Shown: piece after piece, positions 42,731 to 57,595 of the stretch
Position numbering within the stretch: position 1 is the stretch's first letter
How the letters are laid out: every line of letters begins with the position of its first letter
From: Eledone cirrhosa
Taxonomy: Eukaryota
Assembly: GCA_964016885.1 (NCBI GenBank)
Contig: OZ024758.1
Span: 13,268,001-13,332,000, forward strand
Length of the DNA stretch: 64,000 bases
Direction: 5' to 3'
The notes under the pieces: generated by a model
What the model was told of the DNA's origin: nothing
What the model saw: the letters and a program-made list of their open reading frames with translations, nothing else
The model's database searches: none
Translations under genes and position numbers: made by a program

Positions 42731-44080
42731 ATTGCATGCAGCACGTAAATACATGAACGCTGTTAGCTGTTAATGCAATGACTAACAGTCGTCTGCTCAT
42801 TGGATTGTGGTAGGATATTGTTATGTAAACAGCCAGCCACGGGTTTCTTTTGATTTATAATGGAGAATCCTTACCCAATTTCCACCTATTACTCTATTCT
42901 TCTTCCATTATTTTATAAATTAATGTAGATATATTATATAATGGGGGGAAAATACACACACAAAGGTTTTCCATTTTTCTGCAATGATGCAACGATGTAA
43001 CGCTAGTTACTCACAGTGGATGTGTACACGTGATTGAATCAGGGTAAAGTATGTATTTATGTTGGTTATGTTATTTCATCGATACTAGAAGGAAGAAAAG
43101 CAAAGTGAGGCTTTGAATCAACGAAAATAAATACTGATCAACATATATATTAGAAAGAGTTGGGCCCCGACGGCTAAACTCTTGCCGGTTTCGACAGCTA
43201 AATGCACAGACTCTTTCTAAAATAGTCACACTCTACTATCCCAAATATCGAGTCAGACTAGTTTAATACTGGTTCAATCCTGATATATATATAGTAGGAA
43301 AAGAGTGTTAACGTTTCGGACACTAGTCCTTCATTAGAAGATTGAATGTGAGAAATAAAAGATGAAATAGAAAGATAGATACTGAGAAGATGGAACGAAA
43401 AAAAGATTTTTGATGAAAAAACCAGTTTGTACTTTTGAACTCAGTCAGCCATGCATGTATGCTTGTATAAATGAATGTATGTATATATGTATATATATAT
43501 ATGTACGTATATAAGTATGTTTCCTGAGTTGCCTTCTCCTAGAAGAATGCCCTGACAAAGGCAAGGGGTCCTTCACTCCCAGTGGTTTAACCGTGTGATA
43601 GGGTATCCATCCCGACTAATTCTATATCCCCGCGACATAAAACCTGCGGCTCAGTAGTTACCGATGATGTTGATCTTTTCTTCTTTTCGGGTTATAGCTA
43701 CTGTCGCTCAGAGAGTGGGATTGGCTCAGTGCACAGTCTTTCTTCACTTAAAAAAATCTTTGCGCACAGGCATTGCTCGATAGAATTAATTAATAATTAC
43801 TAATAATGGTATATCGTGTAATGGCCAGACTCGATAACGAGGGGGCAGCAGCATCATCATATAAGTAGAGCAAAAATTATGAGCACTCTATCTCAAAATT
43901 ATTTTTGAAAAGCATCAGAAATGCGCAAACCGGTAAAAACTTAAAGCTAAAACTGAATACTAACTAATATTTATTACTAATTTATACTTATTCCTAATTA
44001 AACTATTTTTCACTGGGAAAAATTTGTCAGCATTTTCTTTTCCTTTTTACTCATATATCACAACTCGTGTGTCACACCTC

Positions 44081-44152
<72 letters not shown>

Positions 44153-44159
44153 GAGGTGT

Positions 44160-44227
<68 letters not shown>

Positions 44228-44709
44228 CAGTAACTTCTAAATATACCGTTTAACGCGTGTAATTCGATTCTAGCTACAAAGTAATTTATTTAGCTCTTCA
44301 ATGATGGAGTCTATATTGTTTATGGTTCAAGTCTCTATTTCTTTGTTTAGTTCAGTAGGATTTATTGTAGCTATTGATGGACGATAGTCTCAAATGGTTT
44401 CTTGTTAGTTGTAGCTATTCATGGCCGGTATACTAAGACGGTTTGTTCTTAGTTGAAAGTATATTTTACGTCTTGTTTGTTTTCTAATAGGTTTACGAGT
44501 TTGTTTCTTAGCTTTTATCTTACAAAATTCTGTGTTTATGTTATCCCAGTACATTTAATATTTTGGGTGGTAGAGTCAATATTGAATAATGCTTCGTTCG
44601 CTTTGGAGATAGGAAAATGACTTGATTGCTTGATTGAAAACATTTCTATGTTGTAATATACATTTACATATGTACGAATGTATTTGCACGCTAACATAAA
44701 CCAAAGAAG

Positions 44710-44791
<82 letters not shown>

Positions 44792-45430
44792 TTCACAGAC
44801 ACACATTCACACTGGGTCAAATATAAGAAAATATATTCTACCATAATCTAGCACATAATTCAAATGTCAGTTGGACATTTCAAACGCTAATTAATCCTTC
44901 TCATTCATATCACTAAATATATATAAAAAAAAAAAGATGGAAATTCCTTCATGCCAAAGTTTTCTTTTTTTTCCCCAAGATGGCAACTCACTTACATAAG
45001 CTCAAAAAATACATCAACCATATTAATTTCAGTAGTCTGATTTTCAATTCTTCAGGGATATATATATATATCTCTTTAAAGATCTTGTTAGAAAGTCTAT
45101 CATGATTAGGTTATGAAAAAATTATCGATAAAGTTAAAAAAAAGTATTGAGGATATATCTCCCATTTACTTTGTCTCTGTAAATTAGAATCATTATATAC
45201 CCTTGCCAAGAATGTTCTAGAAATGGTATAATATAACAGCTGCACTGTACACTAACAGAGCAATTTGCAATTAAGTGTCTTATAACTTACTTTTATTGAA
45301 TATCTAGAAAAAACAAAAACATGTAACGATGTATAACCATTTTTTGTTTTACTGAAAAGTCGATTCGTTTTCAATGATCCGTGTATAATGTGAATTTCTC
45401 CCATTTAGACGTATATATATGTAGTTAAAA

Positions 45431-45605
45431 GGCGGTGAATTGGCAAAGTCATTAGAACGTAGGATAGAATGCTTTATGGTATTCGTTCCAGCTCACTGCT
45501 CTCTGAGTTCGAATCCCGTCGAGGTCAACTTTGCCTTTCATCCTTTCGAGGTCGATGAAAAAAAAACAAAAATGTACCAGTTTAGTACTTAGTACTGAGT
45601 CGATT

Positions 45606-45646
<41 letters not shown>

Positions 45647-45977
45647 ACACACGCTTTCTATCTTTCTCTGGAAGATATCTGCTGTACTCAGATCTTGAGA
45701 AGGATGGGTTCCACCAGGCTTAAAATGCCCAAGAAACGCCGTATGTCAACACGGCGCCCCCTACGACTCTATTAGGAGTTACGGGACCATACATACATAC
45801 ATATGTAGTTATAGGCGGCGAATTGACAAAGTCATTAGAACGTCGGATAGAATGCTTTATGGTAAATATTTTGACTCTCTGCTTTCTGAGTTCGAATCCC
45901 GTCGAGGTCAGCTTTGCCTTTCATCCATTCGAGGTCGATAAAAAAAAATGTACCAGTCTAGTACTGGGATCGATTTT

Positions 45978-46019
<42 letters not shown>

Positions 46020-46070
46020 TTCTGTCTTTCTCTGGAAGATATCTGCCTTACTCAGGCCTGGAGAGGTCTG
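45431..46070 (+). mobile_element. Two tandem family B SINEs (45431-45800 full, 45813-46070 3'-truncated)
   Basis: GGCGG.GAATTG.CAAAGTCATTAG head, GAGTTCGAATCC B-box, core, internal (TC)n, LINE-like tail ending (ATAC)n. Confidence 0.85.
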
Positions 46071-47361
46071 AGCTTTTTAAAAACTATCGACGTTTTCTTA
46101 AAATTATTTACGCTCTGAGATCAAATCCTGTCAGAATCGACTTCGATTTTTGCTTTTGATCACACCGAGAACGATCAAATAAAATACTAATCACATCCTA
46201 GGTTCAATATAATCGACTGTCCCAGTGGGCGAAAAACATGGCACGCATGCGCCAAATGATTAACTGTCATGCGATTTTATAAACAAAAAAAGGTTTTCAT
46301 CACGCCAACCTTTAATCTTTTGGCCTTCACCTGAGGAGTTTATGATTGAGATCAATGATACACAACTTCAATGAACGCTTCACGAATGATTTTAAACAAT
46401 TTTTTTTGTCTTCTATTTCCTCATAAAATAATTCATAAAATACAAATCTAATAAAAATTATAATCTGCTGCCCACCAAAAAAAAAAATCCCCCAAGGGTT
46501 ACAAGAGAGAATTTTTCTAGAAAATTTTCGCCCATTTTGATACATATTCTCTCAAAAATGTTCACAATTCCTGGAATCCATCCATTTACAAAATTTGAGT
46601 TCTTATACCTATGTAAAAAATAATTAAAATTTATCAACAATCTCTTGTAAAAGATTTTTGGTAAAATAGTGAGATGGACAGATAAATAAAGTGAATAGAA
46701 AAAAAGAGATTATTATATTTGGAGATCAATAAAATAAATTGTATGAAAAATTTACCATCCCATAATCCCACAATTTTCAATGAAAGGTTGTTATGATAGG
46801 AAATAATCAGTTTTCACCTCCCAAATCCGCAAATAATCTATATTTAAACCATTCTCTTTCCTTTACTAACGTTCAACTTCCTTCAAGCAATTGCTTTCTC
46901 TCCTCTGTCTTTCTTTCTTTCTTTCTTTCTCTCTCTCTTTCTCTCTCTCACTCCCCTTCTCCCCCTCCCACCAAACGACATTCTCTCTTTCTCTCAAAAA
47001 TAAACTGTTCCTTGTTCCCTCTTTCCTCTTTCTACGCCCCTCCCCCACCTCTCAGTATATACCCTCCCCACCTCTCTATAAATATCCTACCCCACCTCTT
47101 TTATAATGTTCACTTTAAATTCTCTTTCTTTCTTTCTTCCTTCATTTCTTTCTTATTTTTCTTTTTCTTCTTTCTTCCTTCAATACTTCCTTTCTTTTCT
47201 CTTTCTTTCTTTTTCTTTCTTGCCTTTCTTCCTTTCTTTCTTTCTGCCTTTTTTTCTTTCTTTCTTTCTTACTTCTCTTTCGTTCTTTCTTACTCCTCTT
47301 TCTTTCTTCTTTCTTACCCTTCTTTCTTTTCTTTTTTCTTTCCTTTCTTACTTTCCTTATT

Positions 47362-47409
<48 letters not shown>

Positions 47410-47609
47410 TTTTTCTTTCTCTTTTCCTTCCTTCCTTCCTTCATTTCTTGCTTTCGTTCATGCTATTTGTCTATTTTTCTTTCTTAATTACCCCCCTCTC
47501 TATTTTATTCTTTCTTATTCCCTCCATCACTCCATTTTCTATCTTATTCTAACATCTTATTCCGAAACCTCTAAAGTTTCCTTCTTATCGTCCCTCGTTC
47601 TGTACCCAT

Positions 47610-48050
47610 TTACCCGTTCACTCGAACTCTCACTCACCCGATCACTCAAACCCCACTCACCCGTTCACTCAAATTCTCACTCACCCGTTCACTCAAACCC
47701 CACTCACCCGTTCACTCAAACTCTCACTCACCCGTTCACTCAAACCCCACTCACCCGTTCACTCAAACTCTCACTCACCCGTTCACTCAAACCCCACTCA
47801 CCCGTTCACTCAAATTCTCACTCACCCGTTCACTCAAACCCCACTCACCCGTTCACTCAAACTCTCACTCACCCGTTCACTCAAACCCCACTCACCCGTT
47901 CACTCAAACTCTCACTCACCCGTTCACTCAAACCCCACTCACCCGTTCACTCAAACTCTCACTCACCCGTTCACTCAAACCCCACTCACCCGTTCACTCA
48001 AACTCTCACTCACCCGTTCACTCAAACTCTCACTCAACCGTTCACTCAAC
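47610..48050. repeat. Minisatellite of alternating 23/24-bp units (ACTCACCCGTTCACTCAAACCCC / ...AACTCTC), 47-bp dimer
   Basis: Direct. Confidence 0.93.
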
Positions 48051-48180
48051 CTCAACCATCGACTCATTAATTCTTTCACTCCTTTACACAATACTTATCG
48101 GTCATTCATCCGCAATAATTATCGTCTGCTTTAGTCGCTTTCTCCTCCCACCATATCCTCTCTCGTTCATTTAATCAGCT

Positions 48181-48260
<80 letters not shown>

Positions 48261-48267
<7 letters not shown>

Positions 48268-48688
48268 AATTAAAAAGAACAGAAAGATGCAGTAAAAGAG
48301 ATTTATTCGGTTCTTACGTACGTTTCAATAGACATCTATTTGCCTAGATCTCGCTACATCTATAATATTATATATTTAGTAGAGCATTCGATATCCAATT
48401 GTGCATTGGATATCGAATGCTCTACTAAATATATAATATTATAAATGTAGCGAGATCTAGGCAAATAGATGTCTATTGAAACGTACGTAAGAACCGAATA
48501 AATCTCTTTTACTGCATCTTTCTGTTCTTTTTAATTCTTTATACACGCCCCGGAATATAGCTAAACTGGATTATACACCTTTTTTCTGCATTTCGTTGAG
48601 CACCACTCTGTTGTAAGCTGACATTCCACTACACGGTACATAACACTGTGTCCTGGAAAACATTAATGCACTCGTGCATAACCAATTA
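48261..48688. mobile_element. Head-to-head palindromic element (139-bp arms 48261-48399 / 48405-48543) with 3' half of HHR and AATAAA, in (TA)n
   Basis: One mismatch seen between arms; GAAA-CGTACG-TA at 48478-48489, AATAAA at 48497. Confidence 0.8.
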
Positions 48689-48782
48689 TATATATATATA
48701 TATATATATACATTATGAAGAGAGAAGAAACATTTAGATATAATTAGTAATAAAATGTATCATACCTAAACTGTTCCTAAAT

Positions 48783-48870
48783 TCCTCGACTACGTAGTTT
48801 CGTGGCATAAACAAAAACAATATATCAAAGATATAGAGTCCTTGCGAGGTCTGCCGACTTATCAAGAGGA
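48783..48870 (-). ncRNA. Type I hammerhead with long stem II and mutated core
   Basis: TCCTC-TTGATAA-GTCGGCA...TGCCAC-GAAA-CTACGTAG-TC-GAGGA. Confidence 0.68.
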
Positions 48871-48963
48871 TACCTCATTTTACTAGTCTCAAGAACGCGT
48901 CAGTTGGGTGCGGATGCATTCATGTATATATGTGTGTGTCCGCATGTATCTGTGTGTTTCTAA

Positions 48964-49018
<55 letters not shown>

Positions 49019-49121
49019 GTATCCACACCTCTGCCTCTCTCTCTCTCACTCGCTCTCTTCATCTATCGTCTGTCGTCTGCTGTTTTCTCTTATAATCTGT
49101 TCATTCAACCCCTTCTTTAGT

Positions 49122-49214
<93 letters not shown>

Positions 49215-49217
<3 letters not shown>

Positions 49218-49401
49218 ATTATGGGTGTGACAGTGGGAATTTGGTTCCTTTGTGTTCGGACCTGGTGTATATATATATATATATGGTCTATACTTTAATC
49301 CACTTACATAACATGAGTGCTTGTCCCTGAAACATATATATATATAAACACCAGGTCCGAACACAAAGGAACCAAATTCCCACTGTCACACCCATAATTA
49401 T
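49215..49401. repeat. 54-bp inverted repeat (49215-49268 / 49348-49401) next to (TA)n; spacer ends in CCCTGAAACATATATA like family 3 HHRs
   Basis: Direct reverse-complement match. Confidence 0.8.
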
Positions 49402-49544
49402 GTTCAGGTCCTCCGTAACTGGCGAGAAGAAGGAGAAGGTTTATCATTAACTCGGAGACCAGCTCTGAATGTTTACAACAGAGTTAGACTCAGTTAAAAC
49501 CATCCAACGATCAGGTGATCATGTTAAACCGAGTCATAGATTAA

Positions 49545-50470
49545 GTCTTTTACTCTACTAGTGGGTCATGGCTAGATTTGAACTCAGCTCAGAGCGTAAA
49601 GAACCGGAATAGATCTCGTAAATCATTCTATCAGACGTCCTAACGATTTTTACCAATCCACCGCTCTAGACTGGTGCCTTATTTTATCAACCCTGGGATT
49701 CACCCTGAGTGGGTCATAGCTAGATTTGAACTCATAAAGTATAAATAACCAGTATAGATCTTCTCGTAAATCATTCTGTCAGACGTTCTAACGATTTTAC
49801 TAATCAATCGCTCTAAACTGGGACCTTATTTTATCGATCTCGGGAAGATGAAAGGCAATGGTGACCTCGGTGGGATTTGAACTCAGGAATTAAGGGGGTG
49901 GAAGAAATACGAGATAACATTTCGCCTGACGTTCTAACGATTTTTACTAGGCCACCGCCTTAACCCTTTAGCATTTAAACCGGCCATATCCGACCAGAAT
50001 TTTCTCTTCTCACCTCTTTCTGTTCAAACCAGCTGTAACTGGCCAGTCATACTGATGTTAAGGTATTGTTCTCAAAATAAATGATATCAAAATCTCATAG
50101 ATTCTATACTATGTGAGATAATTTTGTGAGGTAAAGCCTTTACCGTGAAAATATAATAGTATATATAGAGTAATGTGAATGCTAAAGGGTTAAACTTATT
50201 TTATCGACCCTAGGTATCACCCGAGTGGGTCATGGCCAGATTTGAACTCATAAAGTATAAAGAACCAGTATAAATCACATCGTAAATTATTCTTTCAGAC
50301 TCTCTAACGATTTTTACCAGTCAACTTCCCTAAACCGGTGTCTTATTTTATCGACACTAGGTGTCACCCTGGTGGGTCATAGCTAGATTTGAACTCAAGA
50401 TGTAAAGAATTGGAAGAAATACCAGGCGACATTTTGTCTGACGCTCTAACGATTCTGTTATTTCGCCGGT
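49545..50470 (-). mobile_element. Head-to-tail array of ~5 diverged SINE-derived units
   Basis: GATTTGAACTCA near 49575, 49723, 49874, 50239, 50386, each followed by CTAACGATT. Confidence 0.75.
49964..50189. mobile_element. TTAA-flanked MITE (piggyBac/Kolobok-like) inserted in the SINE array
   Basis: TTAA-CCCTTTAGCATT ... AATGCTAAAGGG-TTAA. Confidence 0.85.
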
Positions 50471-50615
50471 ATTTCATAATTCTTTCTTTTTTGTACTTTT
50501 TCTTTCTCTCAATCCATTCTATTTAGTCCCCCCCCTCCCCCTACCTTCTCTATCATCTGCTATATTTTATACACTGCTGTTTACATTACTGTCCACTCTT
50601 GTCTTGTATCTCTTC

Positions 50616-50689
<74 letters not shown>

Positions 50690-50803
50690 TCACACACACA
50701 CTCTCTCTCACACACACTCAGCCACACTCTCTCTCACACATACACACACACTCTCTCTCTCTCTCTCTGAGTACTCTCTCTCTCTCTAAATATATATTTC
50801 ATT

Positions 50804-50849
<46 letters not shown>

Positions 50850-51202
50850 ACACACACACACACTCTCTCTCTCTCTCTCTCTCTGAGTACACTTTCACTC
50901 TCTCTGAGTACTGTTTCTCTCTCTCTCTAAGTACACACACACACATTCTCTCTCTCTCTCTGAATGTTCTCTCTCTCTCTCTTTCTGAAAACACCTTTAG
51001 TCTCTTTTTCTCAGCATACACACATTCTCTCTCTCTCTCTGAATACGCTACTCCATCTCTCTCTCTCTCTCTCCCACTGGCCATCTCCCTCAACCCTCTC
51101 TGACTTATTTACTACCTCGTCTTCTCCGTTACATCCTATATTTCTCTCTCTCTCTCTCTTTCCCTCGATATCTCTATTCCTTCATATCATCATCGCCTTC
51201 TC

Positions 51203-51249
<47 letters not shown>

Positions 51250-51421
51250 CTACCTCTTCCTTCTCCCCTCCTCCTACTCCGTCACTCAATCCTTCAATCC
51301 TGTCGTCTGCTATTCCCAATCTCACGCGATTCTTCACCCTGTCGTCTGCTATTTGTTGATTTCTATTCGCCACTTGGCCATTCCATCGTATCCCCACTGC
51401 AAACTATTTTCGAAAGCTCTA

Positions 51422-51500
<79 letters not shown>

Positions 51501-51668
51501 CCCTCATCCATTACTTCCTCTTACTACACCCATGTCGTCTGCTAACTCTTGTCTTTCGTCCTTTTTGCTTCTTTCTTAACATTTTGTTTACCCATCCCCC
51601 ACTTTTTTGCTCGTAGTTTTCAATCTCTCTCTCTCTCTCTCTCTCTCTCCCTCTCTCTCTTTATATAT

Positions 51669-51732
<64 letters not shown>

Positions 51733-52455
51733 GACATCGCTCTATCTCTCTCGCTCTCTCTTTCTCCCTCTCCCTCCCTCTCTCTGTATATATATATATA
51801 TCCCTCTCGCTCTCTCTCTTTATCTCTCTCTCTTATCTCATCTTACCTTATCTACACCACACAGTCCCCCTCACCCACCCCATAGTCCCCACCAGCCCTC
51901 ACCCCCACCCTACAGTCCCCTCCAACCCACCCCTATCTTTATCTATTTCTCACTGTCAATCATTATTTTCTATCACTACCTCTTCATCCCATTCATCCTC
52001 ACACTTCTCCCCCCTCTCTCTCACCATTCATCCTCGCACTTCTCCCCCTCTCTCTCACTGTTAATCCTCACACTGCTCCCCCTCTCTCTCACTATTAATC
52101 CTCGCACTTCTCCCACTCCCTCTCTCACTGTTAATCCTCACACTTCTCCGCCCTCCCTCTCTCTCACTATTAATCATCATACTTCTCCTCCTCCTCCTCT
52201 CTCTCACTATTAATCCTCACACTTTTCCCCCTCCCCCTCTCACCATGTCTCCTCACACCCCTCCTCATTCTTTCTCTCTCCACATCTCTCGTTACCTCAC
52301 ACTGTTAAACTATTCATTATTATAGATAATACAACACACAAACAAATATATATATATATATATACACATACATACATACATACTTACATACATATATATA
52401 TACACACACACACACATACGTATAAACATATATACATATATATAGATACATATAA

Positions 52456-52498
<43 letters not shown>

Positions 52499-53106
52499 TA
52501 TACATATATATATATATATATACATATATATACATATATATACATATATATATACATATATACATATATATACATATATATATATACATATAAACATATA
52601 TACGTATATATTAACATACACACATACATACACACATACATACACATACATATACACACACACATATACACATACATAAGTCAATATACACACATACATA
52701 CATACATACAAACATACATACATACAGACATACCAATATATACACACACAAACACACACACACACGCACACCCACACCCACACGCACACACCCACACACC
52801 CACACCCACACACACACATAGCTAAGTGTATATACAACTCCAATACTACAGTAGTTGCGGCAAGTCAACCATTTTTTATCATTATATTTGTTGTTGTTCC
52901 TCCACTGACTGACAGTACCGAACCAACCCGCCTCCGCCACACGTGGCTTGCAACTCTTCTTCATAACACTGGAGAACAACTTACTTTTTACCTGTCGGAT
53001 TCTTTCTTAAGTTAGTCTTCCTTTCTTACTTACTTACCTTCTTTCTTTTTTTTCTTCCTTTCTTTCTTTCTTTATCTTTATCTTTATCTTTTATATATAT
53101 ATATAC

Positions 53107-53167
<61 letters not shown>

Positions 53168-53285
53168 TATATATGTTTATATATATACATGCATATTTTT
53201 CGTGTTTTACAGGGTAAATTCTGCATATCCTTTCAGTAGCTTCTACAACTCCCCCCCCCCCCCTTCTAAGAACACTATAATACAT

Positions 53286-53323
<38 letters not shown>

Positions 53324-53399
53324 TATATATAAATATATATATATATGTAAACTTCTCTCATTCCTCATTCTCACTCACTTTCTCATCCTCTTCCTCTTA

Positions 53400-53487
<88 letters not shown>

Positions 53488-54083
53488 CCAAACTAAACTC
53501 AGGATTCATTCAAACACACGGTTTTGTGAACGAAAAACTAGCGTTTACACTAACGTATAGACACACTACACCTACTACATACACACACACACTTATATAT
53601 CTACACTCATACTTATATATATATATATATACACACACACATATATATATATATAGTAGTATTTAGAATAACAACAAAGGATATTTTATTTTATACGCAG
53701 GAAAAGCTCAGTTAGATATATATATTTCAGGTACCAACATCATACCAACTTAGACAACCATTTTTGAGGGGAACGTCGGAATAATTACATTCAATTTATT
53801 TAAATGTAAGTCTATTTTCTTCATTAATTTATAGATCTTCTGGACAGAATAATTATTGATCATTTATTAAATATTTATTGAATATTTATTGAAAATTTAT
53901 AGAATATTTTTGTATATTTGGAAAGAATTAAAATGATTTCTTTAGAATATTTTATAAATATTTTATCATTTTATCTTTTATTCCATACTGGCATATATAT
54001 ATATATATGCACACGCGAGTATATATATATATATATATATATATATACTCGCGTGTGCTGATATATACATATAGATAGGCACA

Positions 54084-54123
<40 letters not shown>

Positions 54124-54351
54124 TAGACAGACACACAGAAAACACTTGTATGCATATATATTTATATGTTGGGGTGTATATGTATATTATATATATGTAT
54201 ATATATATATATATATATGCACATATGCAATATACATATATATATATTTATATGTTTATAATATGCGAGTGCGTGTCTGTATATATGTACATAAAACACA
54301 TATACATAATCACATATATTTACATACTTACATATAAACTTATGTGTGTAT

Positions 54352-54382
<31 letters not shown>

Positions 54383-54583
54383 CAAAAATGCACACACACA
54401 CACACACATATATATATATGCAAAAGCAATTCTTTATGTATTTATTTTTATACACTCACACACACACACACACACTCACATGCATGTGTGTATATACATG
54501 CATATATGCACACACTCACACACGTACACACACACGCACACACGCATAAATATTTATACAAACACTCACACATGCACACATAC

Positions 54584-54668
<85 letters not shown>

Positions 54669-55027
54669 AGTATAATTGTATGCCTGTGTTTGTCTTATTC
54701 AGTATATAGATACATACATGCATACATCTATCAACATACATACACATACACACACATACATGCACACAGATACATACGCACATATTTATTTTAATTTATA
54801 CACATAGCATATATATATATATATATATATCCGTAGACACACACATACATAAATACTTACACATACTTATTTCAGTTTACTCTCACACACACACAGACAT
54901 GCACACACAGACGCACGCACTCACATACACACGCACGCCCCCCCCCCCCACACATATACAAATTAATGCGGGAATATCTTTATTCAAGGTCATATATAAC
55001 ACTAACTTCTATTAAACCTGCGAAATA

Positions 55028-56118
55028 CACACACAATAAACACACAGTCTACACACAGTCTACACACAGCCTACACACAATAAACACACAGTCTACAGAC
55101 AGTCTACAGACAGTCTACACACAGCCTACACACAGTCTACACACAGTCTACACACAGTCTACACACAGTCTACACACAATAAACACACAGTCTACACACA
55201 GTCTACACAGTCTACAGACAGTCTACAGACAGTCTACACACAATCTACACACAGTCTACACACAGTCTACACACAGTCTACAGGCAGTCTACAGACAGTA
55301 AACACACAGTCTACACACATTCTACACACAGTCTACACACAGTAAACACACAGTAAACACACAGTCTACACAGTCTACAGACAGTCTACAGACAGTCTAC
55401 AGATAGTCTACACACAGTCTACACACAATCTACACACAGTCTACACACAGTCTATACACAGTCTACACACAGTCTACAGACAGTCTACACAGTTTACAAA
55501 CAGTCAACACACAGTCTACAGACAGTCTACACAGTCTACACACAGTCTACACACAGTCTACATACAGTCTACACAGTCTACACACAGTCTACACAGTCTA
55601 CACACAGTCTACACACAGTCTACATACAGTCTACACAGTCTACACACAGTCTACAACACAGTCTACACACAGTCTACACACAGTCTACACACAGTCTACA
55701 CACAGTCTACACACATTCTACACAGTCTACACACAGTCTACACACAGTCTACACACAGTCTACACAGTCTACACACAGTCTACAGACAGTCTACACAGTC
55801 TACACACAGTCTACACACAGTCTACACAGTCTACACACAGTCTACACACAGTCTACACAGTCTACACACAGTCTACACACAGTCTACACACAGTCTACAC
55901 AGTCTACACACAGTCTACATACAGTCTACACAGTCTACACACAGTCTACACACAGTCTACACAGTCTACACACAGTCTACATACAGTCTACACAGTCTAC
56001 ACACAGTCTACACACAGTCTACACAGTCTACACACAGTCTACATACAGTCTACACAGTCTACACACAGTCTACAACACAGTCTACACACAGTCTACACAC
56101 AGTCTACAGTCTACAACA
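55028..56118. repeat. 10/12-bp minisatellite (ACACACAGTCTA-type)
   Basis: Direct. Confidence 0.96.
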
Positions 56119-56207
56119 CAACATTAACAAACCACAGACATAAACAAGGGATGGCCTCTTTTGCTAATGGACATACTACAAATGTTATGTAAGTTGTTTA
56201 TAGAAGG

Positions 56208-56514
56208 TGTGATGTAGGGCAATGTAGGGCGATGTAGGGCGATGTGGGGCGATGTGAAGCAATGTAGGGCGATGTGGGGTTATATGGGACGATGTAGGGC
56301 GATGTGGGGCGATGTGGGGGCAATGTAGAGCCATGTGGGGCGATGTAGGGCGATGTCGGGTGATGTGGGGGCGATGTAGAGTGATCTAGGGTGATATGGG
56401 GTGATGTGGGGGCGATGTAGGGTGATGTAGGGTGATGTGGGGGTGATGTGGGGGCATGTGAGGCGATGTTGGGCGATGTGGGGAGGATGTGAGGAGATGT
56501 AGAGCGATGTAGGG
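56208..56514. repeat. 10/11-bp minisatellite (GATGTAGGGC-type)
   Basis: Direct. Confidence 0.93.
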
Positions 56515-56854
56515 TTCCATTGTATAAACGCTGGTCTCAACCCTTAGCTGTTATCAGATGTGAAGGCGCATGGCTTAGTGGTTAGAGTATTGGGCTTGCA
56601 ATTGAGGGGTTGTGGGTTCGATTCTCGGACCGGGTGATGCGTTGTGCCCTTGAGCAAGACACTTTATTTCACATTGCTCCAGTTTACTCTGCTGTAGAAG
56701 TGAGTTGTGACGTCACTGGTGCTAAGCTGTATCGGTCATTACCTTTCCCTTGGACAACATATATAGTGTGTATATATACTGTACATAGTGTATATATAAT
56801 GTATATAGTGTATATATAATGTACATAGTGTATATATAATGTATATATATATAT

Positions 56855-57241
56855 ATATTAATTCAAAATATTAACAAAAATAGACATTCGTGTGACCAAG
56901 CGCCCTCTGTATTATATGTAAATTGTTTCATGTCTCAATCTTAAGGTATATAAATATTAAGTTTTGTCATATCTTATTCACTACCATGACTGAATCTTAA
57001 CCATCTACTATGTCAGGGTATGTCATGCATCATCTTGTTTTATCTGATGAGGACGTACTGTTGAAGTTAGCTCAGTACCTCTGAAATATGTATAATAAAA
57101 TATATTTGATCACATGGAATGTCTATTTTTGTTAATATTTTGAATTAATATTAATAACTCCGGAAAACCACATCAGTTGAGTGCTTCCAATCTATTGTAA
57201 AACTCATTCTTTGATTTAATCATTGAACCTTGTTTAACCTT

Positions 57242-57243
<2 letters not shown>
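56855..57243 (+). mobile_element. HHR element (family 3-like) with short inverted 5' arm, in (TA)n
   Basis: Inverted repeat 56855-56899 / ~57105-57151; CTGATGA(57044)-GGA-C-GTACTG...CAGTAC-C-TCT-GAAA(57083)-TATGTA-TAATAAAA. Confidence 0.8.
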
Positions 57244-57311
<68 letters not shown>

Positions 57312-57404
57312 TTGTGACGTCACTGGGGCCAAGCTGTATCGGTCATTGTCTTTCCCTTGGACAACATATATAGTGTGTATATATACTGCACATAGTGTAT
57401 ATAG

Positions 57405-57595
57405 AATAATTGTTTCTACTTTTAGGCACAAGGCCAGCAATTACCCAGTTCATTACTGGTACTTTATTTTATCTACCCCGTAAGGATGAAAGGCAAAGTC
57501 AACCTCGGCGGGATTTGAACTCAGAATGGCAAGGGCCGTAACTCAATGCGTCAAAGCATGGCGTCCGACCCTCTACCGATACTGCTAATCCACCG
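57405..57595 (-). mobile_element. Family A SINE
   Basis: Full head, core and tail on minus strand. Confidence 0.9.

Noticed and set aside
43505-43800. Minus-strand CTAGGAGAAGGCAACTC motif recalling RTE 5' regions with HDV-like ribozymes
   Set aside because: Could not build the nested double pseudoknot by eye; needs a motif search
46793-48070. 425-aa ORF, the longest in the window
   Set aside because: Made of (CTTT)n pyrimidine tract and the 47-bp minisatellite, which lack stops by composition
52855-53045. Unique, moderately GC-rich stretch with minus-strand GTAAG donor-like sites as a possible exon
   Set aside because: No recognisable peptide or consistent acceptor/donor pair; needs RNA-seq
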